Source: Lama guanicoe (taxonomy: Eukaryota). Taken from it: DNA of 64,000 nt. Location: contig MU054187.1 of assembly GCA_013239625.1 (NCBI GenBank), forward strand, positions 15,702,941 through 15,766,940, in the 5' to 3' direction. The translations under genes were made by a program, and so were the position numbers. Under the pieces are notes generated by a model. It searched no databases. It saw only the letters and a list, made by a program, of their open reading frames with translations, and was not told the DNA's origin. This document shows positions 49,990 through 61,130 of this stretch, one piece after another (the first letter of the stretch is position 1; each line of letters starts with the position of its first letter).

Positions 49990-50300
49990 AGAATGGACTT
50001 ACTCTCGCCTGTAAGGAAAAAAATAAAATAGAAAATTGGACAAAATAAATGAAACTACTCTTTTTAGACGTTGGAGAGTCAAAAGTGCAGGACTGTGATC
50101 CCTTAGAAAGAAAAAAAAAAATGATGCCAAGTCCTACAATTGTCTTGGCTGTTTGCATGGAGGACCTTGTAGCCCATGTCCAGCCTTGTGGACCACGATG
50201 TAGAGAGGAATCTGTAGCAGGCAATGTGGTCTCCCTAACTTGAGGAGACCAGGAGACAGAGATCAGAGTTGAGGGTGGCTGAGGTTGCTAAAATTTGCTA
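49990..50300 (+). mobile_element. Fragment of an older L1M 5' end
   Basis: CAGGACTGTGATCCCTTAGA..AGTCCTACAATTGTC..GTGGTCTCCCTAACTTGAGGAGAC..GACAGAGATCAGAGTT resembles L1MC/M4 5' ends. Confidence 0.5.
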
Positions 50301-51519
50301 ATTAGTCTAGCCTATTTTCCCACACAGCTGAGGACAACAACAACAAAATCTTGATTTAATTTTTAGATGACCTCATTCACATTACGTGTCCAATGCTGAG
50401 CACTCAAATTATTCTAGCTGATCCAATATAAGCAAATAATATTTTAAAATGATCAACAATTTTACCAAACAATAAATAAAATAATTTAATGTAGAAAAAC
50501 AAAATCTACCTTGGACCAAAAAAGGAATGTGTTTTAAGGTATGGAAAACTGGCATTGAATTTATTTAGGCTTTTTTTTTTTCTTTAGGTCCCAAACACAA
50601 GGACCAGACAAATAATCCCCCCATCACATACTCCCCGCATACAGTGGGCTTGAGAATGCGGAGGCTTTGCTTTAATCAGAAGGGACCAGCATCACCTGTA
50701 ACAAATAAATTAGCTAAGTCTCTGAGAGGCCCTATATTGACCTCAGTCATTTTCTTCCGCAGTTCTTCAAAAGGAGGCCAGAGACTCACTGGTGAACATG
50801 CTCGCAATACTGATGTTTGTGCTGTGGAAAATTTTCGGAAGGGAATTCTATTTCCCTGAGCAAGTTTCCAAGCACTAAACTCTCTTTCAAATAATAAAAG
50901 AGGTTAGAGACTAACTTAGGGAACAGATTCAATTTTTCAATGTGGCATTAATAGGGGCAAAGCAAAGAGACAGATTGCATTGACAAGGAAACAAAAATGG
51001 ATAATGGATTTAATGGCTTGAGTTCTAATGGAAAAAATAACATTCTCTATGAGATTGTCATATTTTTTTAAAATGTGGCTACCATTAATAGTTCATACAT
51101 GGACCCGCCCCCAAAAAAAGGTTACATGGTGTTATATAAATCATTACAAAGTTTTTGGCTAACTTAAATAGAGAAGTATTTCTTTTTTCTTTGTTTATTG
51201 TCTTCATTATTTATAGCCTCAGTGTAAGTCCCTATGACTTAATATCTTTGATAGTAAGAGTTGCTGCATTAAATTTTTACTTGTAATTTTTAACTTTTTA
51301 AAACAAAAAATACCAACAAGAAGAAATGTAATTTGCATGTTAGAATAATAATTTGTGGGAGGGGGTTGCAGGTGTATATGATAAACATTGTTAGAGTCAG
51401 GATATGGTTAATCAAGAGACATTTCAGTTCATAAATTTGTTACTTGTCCCTGGCTGTTATGTAAGATATTCAAAAAAGATCGACCAACTAAGGCTTTGAA
51501 GATCCCATGAAACTGATGG

Positions 51520-51578
51520 ACCCATAATAATGTATATATGACCATAACCCATAATAATGTATATATGACCATAACCCA
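51520..51578. repeat. Perfect 27-bp tandem duplication (2.2 copies)
   Basis: ACCCATAATAATGTATATATGACCATA at 51520-51546 and 51547-51573, then ACCCA. Confidence 0.97.
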
Positions 51579-54500
51579 AAATTTAGTATATAATTTAGTT
51601 AATAAAAGGACATTTGAAAATATTAGATAAAAACATTTGATTTAAGCTATACAGTAATAATTAAGCAGGGGGAATGATAATAATGGGATGAAAGGTAGAG
51701 TTGCTATTTTATTTCATCAAAATGCAAAAGAACATACCTTAAGTATGACAACAGATCCCAGCACAGAAAAGTGCAAGAGGGCTCAAAGGGATAGGCTATA
51801 ATAACAGGTAGATATTTGGAAATGAATTCAAATTTTGTCAATTTATAAATGGTGATTGTGATTATTTTATGAGAGAGAAGCAGAGAGAGAAAGAGACAGA
51901 GAGAGAGATCTTGACAAATGGGAGGGAAACAAAAAAGTAATATTAAAATGCCTAATAAGAAAAGACAGAAATGGAAATTGACAAATTAGAAAATTATTAC
52001 TTCATACAATATTTGTTCAGGTACTTGATGAGATTTGAATAAACTTTGTAGAGTGATCTATCAGCTGGTTTCAATGACTTTGCCACAGTGTTACTGTCCT
52101 TCAGAAGCAATTAGGTCAATGAACGAGCATATCAATGAAAGTAAGTGTGACAACAAGTCAAACATAAGAAATAGGAGAGGAAAAAACATACCAGGTATTA
52201 AATCTGTTTCAAGTCTTCATAAGTGAATGTTACTGTATCTAATTTGAATTTTCCATTATAAGGTTCTATGTCAGTTTATGATCCTTAGACCCTATTAAAC
52301 ATCCCTCGAAGAGTTACACGATGCGAAGCACTAATCAAAGAAATGTTGTAAATACTAGAGAACTTTACTTTTAGAATGCTCTTTGAGAAACAAATAAAGA
52401 ACTTTTTAAATTATTTTGTCATAGAAACCTCTTATTTCCTATGGTAACATGTATTCAGAAAGGTCTATTTTTCAGGGAACTTTGAAAATGTATATGCTTT
52501 TTTTTGAAAATAGCTTGTTAAAATAGGTACCTATATCCCTAAATTTATCTCATAGATGCTCCAAAAATCTGCTGGAAAAAAAATTGAAAAGAAAAAAATT
52601 AAAGCAAACAAAAATTTCCTTTTAGTAACTGCATTTCTATAAAGCAGTAAATGTACTGAGAATGTTAAATGACTCATATCAGGGGAAAAAAACAACTTTG
52701 AAGTCAAAAATTAACAAAGTGCTATGAAGAAATGAATTATATACAGATATAGAACAAGGTGAAACGTCCTATTATCAATTTCCTTTTCCTTCTCTCTCTG
52801 TTTTCCTGCATGTTTTGGTAGATGTGCCAATAAATGTATAGCTGCGTATGCAAATATATAAAAACAGGGCTGCTATGAAGGTGATGCCAACTGGGTAAGC
52901 ATTTGAGATAAGACGAAGAAGAAAGATATGTCTACTGAAATCCAGCTTTCCATTCTTAAAGAACAAAGTGTTTCCCTTTATAGTTTTATCTTTCCCACCT
53001 CATTTATCCCCAGATTTACTTAAAAACATAACAAAAGCATACTTGAACATTGTTTCTGCAGTAATCTTTCCATCTCAGAGGAAGCAAAGTTTTAAATTGT
53101 AGATCTGTCTTTAAATACCTTTCCATCTTTTTCTTTTTTGCAAAAAATAACAAAATATAGGGAGAGTCTTGGAAAAGTCGTGATTGCTGTACACAGTTGG
53201 CATTAATAAATGATTTATATGCTGGTAGCACAAGCTCACGGCAAACCATAAAAAACTGGGAATCAAGGTAACTGTGGCTTTGATGCTATAGGTATGATTA
53301 TGAGTAAGTTAATTACCTTATGTGACTCAGTTTCCTTACATCTGTAAAATGGGATGATTATGCCGTATAATCTTTAAAATGCACTTCTAAAAATCTACTT
53401 GGTTTCCTGTTAAAAATAAACCTGACTCATTTTTAAGCAAATGTTTAGCCACATACGTGGAAGCATGGCTTTCTTTTTTTATTCCTATCTAGATTATTTG
53501 TAAACTATAAGTTACTTGAATTTCCAGGGCCATTAATAATTGGTACTTCCATAATGTTTCCATTTTGAAAGGAATATAAGAAACTATAAATAATGCCCTG
53601 GAAATGAAATGTGTCAAAAACGTGTAGAACAAAATTACAACTGTCACTCATTTTTTAAAGAAAAAGATGTATTCTAAAAGGTTCTTCTGCTTAGAAAAAC
53701 TACTAGATTCTACTAATATAATCTGTAAAACCACTTTGCAGCCTATATACAGATTTGAAACAAAACACTTAAATTTGACATAAAATTAAATCTCAGGCTT
53801 CCTTAATCTGTACTCATTGCACCAAGAACTCTCCAGAAACCAATCATTCCGAGCCAAGTCCCAATTATATTCAAATATGACATATATTCATGCGAGAGGT
53901 GAAAATTAGTGAATTGACATAATTCTGGTCGAGCCATGTTTATACTGCCATTCTACAAACGATCTTTCCTTTCTAATAGAACAGCTTGACAATTTTCAGA
54001 AACCCCGACTTCTTGAGTGAAAATTCAATAAGTAAGTTAAGAATACCAAATGGTAACCAGGCCTTGGGGAAGCTACAGAATTGAAACACAACTTTTTTTT
54101 TTGACAGTTTGTAGTATAGCTCTGGTGGTCTGTTTCAAAATCTGTCAAAAAGATGATAACTGGACTTTGGAGTTTAGTTTGATTTTTAAACCAAATAATC
54201 GGACTGCCTGTCTGGCATGACTGCCTTTGGCCATTTAGAAAAAAAAAAATCTGAGTTTTGAAAGAGCAAAAACATTAAAATCATCAAATTGTTGCTGTTT
54301 ACTGGCATTTTCTAAGTTTCACTGCATGAACATCCAGTCGAGGCAGCCGGATAATGAAGGCATCTCCACTGATGTCAATAGGACTTGACAGCAAGCACAT
54401 CCCCAAAGAAATGATCTTTAACAATTATGTCATCCAAGTGATGGGGGAACCATCCACCTCCATTTGCTTCGATGGTGATTTTAGTTTCACTTTCTCAGTC

Positions 54501-54892
54501 AGTAAGACAGTCACCCCCACATTTATTAAATTGGATGCCCAAGTAAAACTAAGGAAATTGCCATTAGAATTTTATTGTTTTTCAGTTGGTGTAAAAATCT
54601 ACAAACTAAAAGAAAATGAGAAAACTGGAAAAAAAAAGAAAACCCTCAATAATATTGTATTTAGAATTATATTTGGCTGGACACTTATTCAAAAGTGTAA
54701 TTCATAGTTGTATGAATCATAAAGTCATTAGATCCCAGGGTGTGAAGATACTTTAAAGATTATACAATTTTAAACTCTGCTACTTAAGTATTTGGTAATA
54801 TTTGAATGCAGACTTTGTTAAATTAAGCCATTAAACCAACAGGATCTTAATGATTTTAATGATTACTTGGGATAAAAAACAGCAATAATACA

Positions 54893-55120
54893 GATAACAT
54901 TTATTACATGCCTTCTATCTCCTGCACACTGTACTAAGTACCTTATATGCATTTTTTCTATTTGACTCTCAAACCTGTATATGAATTAATATTAATAAGT
55001 ACTATTAATATCTCCATTCTACAGCAAGGAGATTGAGACTTAAAGTGGCTTTATGACTTTCCCAGAACACAAAGTCAGTAACTGGTATTCCTATGTGATT
55101 CCGAATCCTGGTCTACCTAG
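54893..55120 (-). mobile_element. MIR
   Basis: ATAACATTTATTACATGCC..CACTGTACTAAGTACCTTATATGCATT..CTCCATTCTACAGCAAGGAGATTGAGACTTA. Confidence 0.8.
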
Positions 55121-58100
55121 ATTTAAATAGAGATGTTTTGGCAGGTGTTTAAAGTCATTACCTAAATAAATAATTGCCTAAAGAGTATTTGTAAGTTTCC
55201 TACATTGATATTACTCAAGAGACTTGAAATGGCTTACCCATTAGGAAAAAAATAAAATAGCAACAACTCACTGTTGGCCTAATCTAAAATTTATATTAAT
55301 TAATTCAATAATACACATTACCAAGGCACTCACCTGCATCCCATTGTATCATCATTCATCAGATCTATCGCTATTATTCTGAAGACATGTGGCATCAAAA
55401 GTTAAATTTCAAGGGAGTAGATAAGGGCTGTGACAAATTTTAGCGGAAAGAATGTTGAAGTCAAAACAGAAAAAAAGTTTTGATATGGGACTTTGTGTAA
55501 GGAAAAAAAAGGATTGCTGAGAGATGGAGGGGGAGGAGAGAGAGAAAGGAAACCCTCCAACGAATATAACACATTTGATTCTCCCTCCTGTTTAGGACTG
55601 GCAATATTCATGTCTCTCCTCAGTCTTCAATTAGACTTGCCTGTTTGTTTTTAGAGCAAGTAGATTTTTTTTAAAAGGTGTCTTATCTATAGTGTTTATA
55701 AGAGGTAATACTGTCTCCAAATTCAGACAACTATGATAAATGCTGAAATTATCAGAACTGGGTTAAGGAGATGCGCTGCATGGAAATTGCCCAATGTTCT
55801 AGTCTCACCAGTAGTAGCTGTTTACAACCTGCCAAATGACACGGAGGGCTATGAAATCCTAGTCACATGCAGTAGACTTTTACCATAACTTTGAACTTCT
55901 CAGATGAGCTCAGTCGCAAGTAGAAAGAGAAATAGCTGGAGTTTGAAAAGTATTGCTTATGACAAATATTTCACTTTAAATATTATCTTTAAACATTTGT
56001 AAACTTAGAAAATAATCCTCTGCAAATTAACTTTACTGCTATTGTTACCAGTGAGACAGAAAGAATCACAGAAAAGATGACTGGAATTCAGAACAAGAGA
56101 ATATAGGGACCTAGTCCAGAATCAGAACACAGACATTCACCAGAACTACAACTGACTGATGAATTTATTAAATTTCATCAGAGAGTTTTAGCAGTGAACA
56201 CCAGTGCAACAGATCAATTCCACACTTCATATACATTTGTATGTATCTTGTGTGTATATAAATTTTATGCTTATGCTATATTTATGCTTAAATTGACTTA
56301 TATATTGAGAGTGTTGCATGTTGCAATTAACATTCATTAAGGACCTGAACATAAAAAAAAACTTTACAAGTGAGTAATGGAATATTCAGGTATTTAAAGC
56401 AATTATTTAAGATAATTTTTAAAACATAGGAAAATGCTTTTCAATATAATATAAAATGAAAAAATCATATATGTGCTATAGTAGATATTGTTAAATATGT
56501 CTAAAATGTGAGAAGATATGATAGTACTGCTTATTTTGGAATCATGTTATTATGATTAATTTCTTTCAATTTTTTTTCAGTTTTTAGATGAATATACATT
56601 ATGGAAAACTTTTTTAAAAGCTTCCATTTCTTTGAGGACCCAGTTTAGATATTAAGGTATGAAGAGCGAGTGAATCAAACAGTTGTTTGTCTCAGTTCCT
56701 GTGACGAGTTGAAGCCAGGTCAACAGCACCATCTGAAGAATGGTGACAAAATGTGATCTGTTTCATCGTAAGCATACGTCATCCTTGATTTGAACACAAT
56801 GAGAATAACAGAAACAACATGTTTTGTTGCACTCAGATATAATGCATTTTTGTTCTTACTGTTACAGGAAAAAAGCCGTGCGGGTAGGGATGGCTTGCTG
56901 AATTATAAAAATTCCTCGTATCCTTTCTTTCTAATCCTGCTCCATAGGCTCCTGCTTTCAATTCTCAATGGCATTTAAAATTGTACTCGCCAGAGACAGG
57001 GACAACCATTTATTCCAGCAAGATACTATATTTATTTAAAAAAAACTATGAAGTGTTATTATGTGGTTCAAGGGGTACTGTCACCAGTAAAAAAGCACTG
57101 ACTCTAAGTGACTACATGCGTATAATTGGCTGATTATTGAAAATACAAACTTCTTAAAATTGAATTGCTTTTAAGACTACCTTGACTCATATATGAATAT
57201 TAAATCATTTGTAGCACTCTTTGGAAATACACCTCCTTCTACTCTCCTCCAGTCAAATTTCTGTAAATTAATCCAAGCCATTCTTAGAAGAAAAAGATAC
57301 TGTCTACAGTAACTCCACCATCTTTATATTTCTTAAGCTTGCTGTTTCTCATCCTTTGTACATGTATGTGCATACATATACACACAAGCAGGTGCATGTT
57401 CAGAATCACATGCACCTATAACAAAACTCTTTTAGTCTATTTATCCACATCGACACCCCTCGGGTAATTGATTCATCATTTAAAAAAATCTGCTTCCTAC
57501 TTCTCTCAATCCTATTCAGCTCAGTCTTGCTCTTTTTAAAATCTACCTTTGACCAGTTTCTACCATTTCTCCTTCTACTCTATGGATTCTTTAACATACT
57601 GCTGTCCATATCCCCTGGCTCTTCTAAAATATTGCAACTGTTTCTCCCATTTTTTATCCCTCAGTGTTAGTTTGCAGCTTCTTCTGCCTCTGCCGCTTCC
57701 CTTTATTATTGCAGCCTTTGCTTCGTCAGTTCCCCTAGATCCTCGAACTCAGGAGGAAGGCAGTCTTCATGCCCTGACCCCACTCTTAGAACGCTGGCTG
57801 GACCACATCCCAGCAACCGAACTCTATTGAGATTTATGCCATCTGTTTAACCCGTATCCTCAGAGCTACTCCCTTTACTCCCTCGGACACTCTTGACTTC
57901 TTACTGTCAGGAGCTCTTTGAAAAATAGACTATTTCTGCATTATTGTACATAGTGACTAGTACCTAGTAGGAGCTCAATACATGTTATTTAAATAAGTTT
58001 ATTCTGAAATTTTAGAATAAGACCTGTTTTATTTCTCCCCCTCTGTCCCCTCTCACTAACCTCTGTGATTTTAATATCTCTTTTAATGCCTCTAGTATTA

Positions 58101-58399
58101 ACGCTTTTTCCATTTTCCAAAATCTTTATATTCCTGTAAATTTTCTCGACTACTCTGATTATCCATCAGCACAAATATAATTGAGACCTTAGTGTTGTGC
58201 AGAATGGGTCATTCCCAATCTCTTTTCCTACATTCATTTCTACATAAATACGTTTTCATTCTTCTTTTAATCATTGGTTTCTTGGCCCCAATAAAGAGTT
58301 TATAAATTTATTAGTAGATTCTCATATTTTCTCTTAATGTGTCATGCTTACAGTCTCTTTAAATGTCATCTACATGGGTAGAGTAAAAATTACTCATTT

Positions 58400-59920
58400 G
58401 GATTCCATCATTTTATGCCTTCAAACTTTTATTTTCACCTCTCTTGCAAGTCCATATATGTTCTTCAGGTTGGATACTTTCTATTGATTTGTTTCAAAGT
58501 TAACTGACTTTTTGCTCTGTCATCTCCATTCTGTTGTTAAGCCCACACAGTGAAATTTTTAAACAGTGACTTTGAAAACTATTGCGTTTTTAAATTGCAG
58601 TTTAAAACTTTCCATTTGATTATTGCAGTAGTTTCCCGGGGCTGCTGTAACTAATTAACTCAAACTAGGTGACTTCGAACAGCAGCAATTTATTCTCTCC
58701 TAGATCTAGAGGCTAGAAGTCTGAAATCAGGGTGCCAGCAGGGCCCTGCTCCATCCAGTCTTTAGGCAAGAATCTTTCCTCGCCTCTTCTAGCTTCTGGG
58801 GATTGCGAGCGATCCCACTGTTCCTTTCCTTGTGGCTTTGTAACTCCAGTCTCCACCTCCATCTTTCCAAAGCATGCTTCCCTCTGTCTCTTCCGTGTCT
58901 GAGTCTTTTCTCATAAAGCATCTAATGATTGGCTTCGGGGCTCACCTTATTCCAGGACATTTTTACTAATTCATTTTTACTCATTGCATCACCAAAAACC
59001 CTGTTCTCAAATGAGGTCACTTTCACAGGTACCAGCGGCTAGGACTTTAATATACTTTTTTGGGGAGGGTGCGGGGACATGATTCAATCTACAATTCTTT
59101 TTTATATTTCCTATTTTCGGCTGAAAGTTGACTATTTTCTTTGATTACGAAAGTCTTTTCCTTAACCTCCTTAAGCATAGTTATAACAGCTGCTCCAGAT
59201 TCCTCGTCTCAAACAACCATGTCCGCAGCATCTCACAGGTGCCGAAGCTGATTATCTTTCCCTTTGGTCCATGAATCACTGCTTCTGAGATCTTCGTATA
59301 TCAAGTAATTTTGAACCGTAGCCTTTGCATTTTGAATGTTAGGTTGTGGAGTCTCTGGATTCTGTTAACTTCATCCAACAAACGAGATGCTTTTGATCTG
59401 GTATTTAATGTGTGTGGCTTGATTCACACTGCAGACTATTTTTGTTTTTTCTGTGGGTAGTTCAGTTTCAGGGTTTTTCTTAACTGGGCTGTTTATAGAC
59501 TGCTTCTTGCAGATTGGATCCAGTGTCTGGGACATGGACAGATTTTGTATAAGGAACTGGGCTGACCGATTCTGAATCGCTTCTGTGTACATACTTCCCT
59601 CACTTTCTGGCTTCTCTGGTTTCCTCATCTTCCTTTTCCTTAGACCAAAAAGATTGCAGGTTTTCTCAAGGAGCTTGAGTCATCCCGCGCCATGCTGCAA
59701 CTTCAGCCTGCCCTCAGGTTGACGGCACAGGACACGGCAGTCCCCTCTTGAGAGTTTATATTTCCAATCTTCAAGTCTCATCCAACATAGGTTTTCTTCT
59801 GTTCACTCTTCAAACCCATAAGGTAGTTATTTTAAGGTATTTTGCCCAGAGTTTATAACAATAAATAGCTGTGAGAAAGTCAGTCCACTGAAAACTTACT
59901 GCACCGTATCAGGAGTGAGA
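58400..59920 (-). mobile_element. Ancient L1M 5'/ORF1-region remnant, interrupted by the MLT1 LTR
   Basis: TTCAGGTTGGATACTTTCTATTGAT..CTCCATTCTGTTGTTAAGCCCA..TTTCCATTTGATT [LTR] CTTTTTTATATTTCCTATTT..AAGCATAGTTATAACAGCTGCT. Confidence 0.65.
58624..59093 (-). mobile_element. MLT1 (ERVL-MaLR, MLT1B/C-like) solo LTR
   Basis: TG..CA termini; GGGCTGCTGTAAC..CAAACTAGGTGACTT..ATTTATTCTCTC..GAGGCTAGAAGTCTGAAATCAGGGTG..CAAATGAGGTCACTTTCACAGGTACCAG; approximate 5-bp TSD ATTAT/ATTCT. Confidence 0.88.
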
Positions 59921-60949
59921 CTTACAACATCCTTAGCTATAGTTAATATCTTTGCATTCTAGCCTTGTTATTTCAAAGTCCTCTTCATATTCTGTTTTTC
60001 TCTCTCTGCAATGTATTCTGGGTAAAGTCATTAAATCAGCCTTCTAATTTATTTGTTATCTATTCTGGTGGCAAATTATTCTTTTTTTCACTTTCCATTT
60101 ATGTTGACTAGCAGCAAATAAATGAGAAATTGATGAAAAATGATTACCAGGGAAATTAATGAAGATAATGATTCTTTGAAGGAGGATAATAATGCATTCA
60201 CCTACATTTTATTTAATTTCATTCGTTATATCCCCTTTCAGGGATATTCTTTCTTTTTCTTTGTTTCCCCTGGGAGGCTTTTCTTTTACTTTTCCTGTAC
60301 TCTCTTCTTGATTTCCTATATCCATATCCATGTCCAAAACAGTGCAAGATAGCATAATTTATCTTTGTAAATTGCTTTCAAAAATCATTATCATCTTACT
60401 AATTATATTGTCTGCAAAATTTGCATTGACTATAGTCACATTTACCACAGATATAACTCCATTTCCTGGATCCCTGACCAAACACCAGTTTCAGCCAAAG
60501 TCGTCTGCATCTGCCCATATAAATCCCGTCATAAATTAGACTCTGCATTCTTCACAGAACATGGATTCATTCTGAAACCAGAAAAGATAAATCATAAAAG
60601 AGAGTCATGAAGTTAGGATTGCAGCCTGATTTTCATTAAGTGCCTTCAATTAATGTAGTTTAGAGCTTCTAATTCACAATCAAAATATTGTAAAATTATT
60701 TTCATCTTAATTGTCTTATTTTTCCTTTCTTTTATCTCATCCAAATACACTGTTGACTCAGAAGGTTTTTATCTGTTTCTTTCCATGATCTTTGTGTTTT
60801 AGCCTACTGGTTAACTTCATTTATGACTTTCAGGATCCTTCATAGGATCCTGCAGAAAGTTAACAATTTTTAAAAATAAATACTTTGAGGTTAAGGAGGA
60901 GGGAGCCTAGTTTTAGTAACATGGTATCAACATTTCAACTATCACCAAA

Positions 60950-61130
60950 TGTATTCATTCCTTTCATATTAATTCATTCATTAATTCATTTAACAGTGAC
61001 TGAGTACCCACCATGAATGAAATATTTGATGGTGACAAATGTTATGTTTTCTGCTCTTAATCTCACAGTCAAGTGATGGAGACAGATACTGATATATTTG
61101 AGATAAGTGCTGTAAACGAGGTATGTACCT
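60950..61130 (-). mobile_element. L2 3' end
   Basis: ATTCATTCATTAATTCATTTAACAGTGACTGAGTACCCACCATG..CTCACAGTCAAGTGATGGAGACAGA. Confidence 0.65.

Noticed and set aside
51520..51578. CRISPR-like direct repeat
   Set aside because: Two adjacent copies with no spacers, in mammalian DNA with no cas genes.
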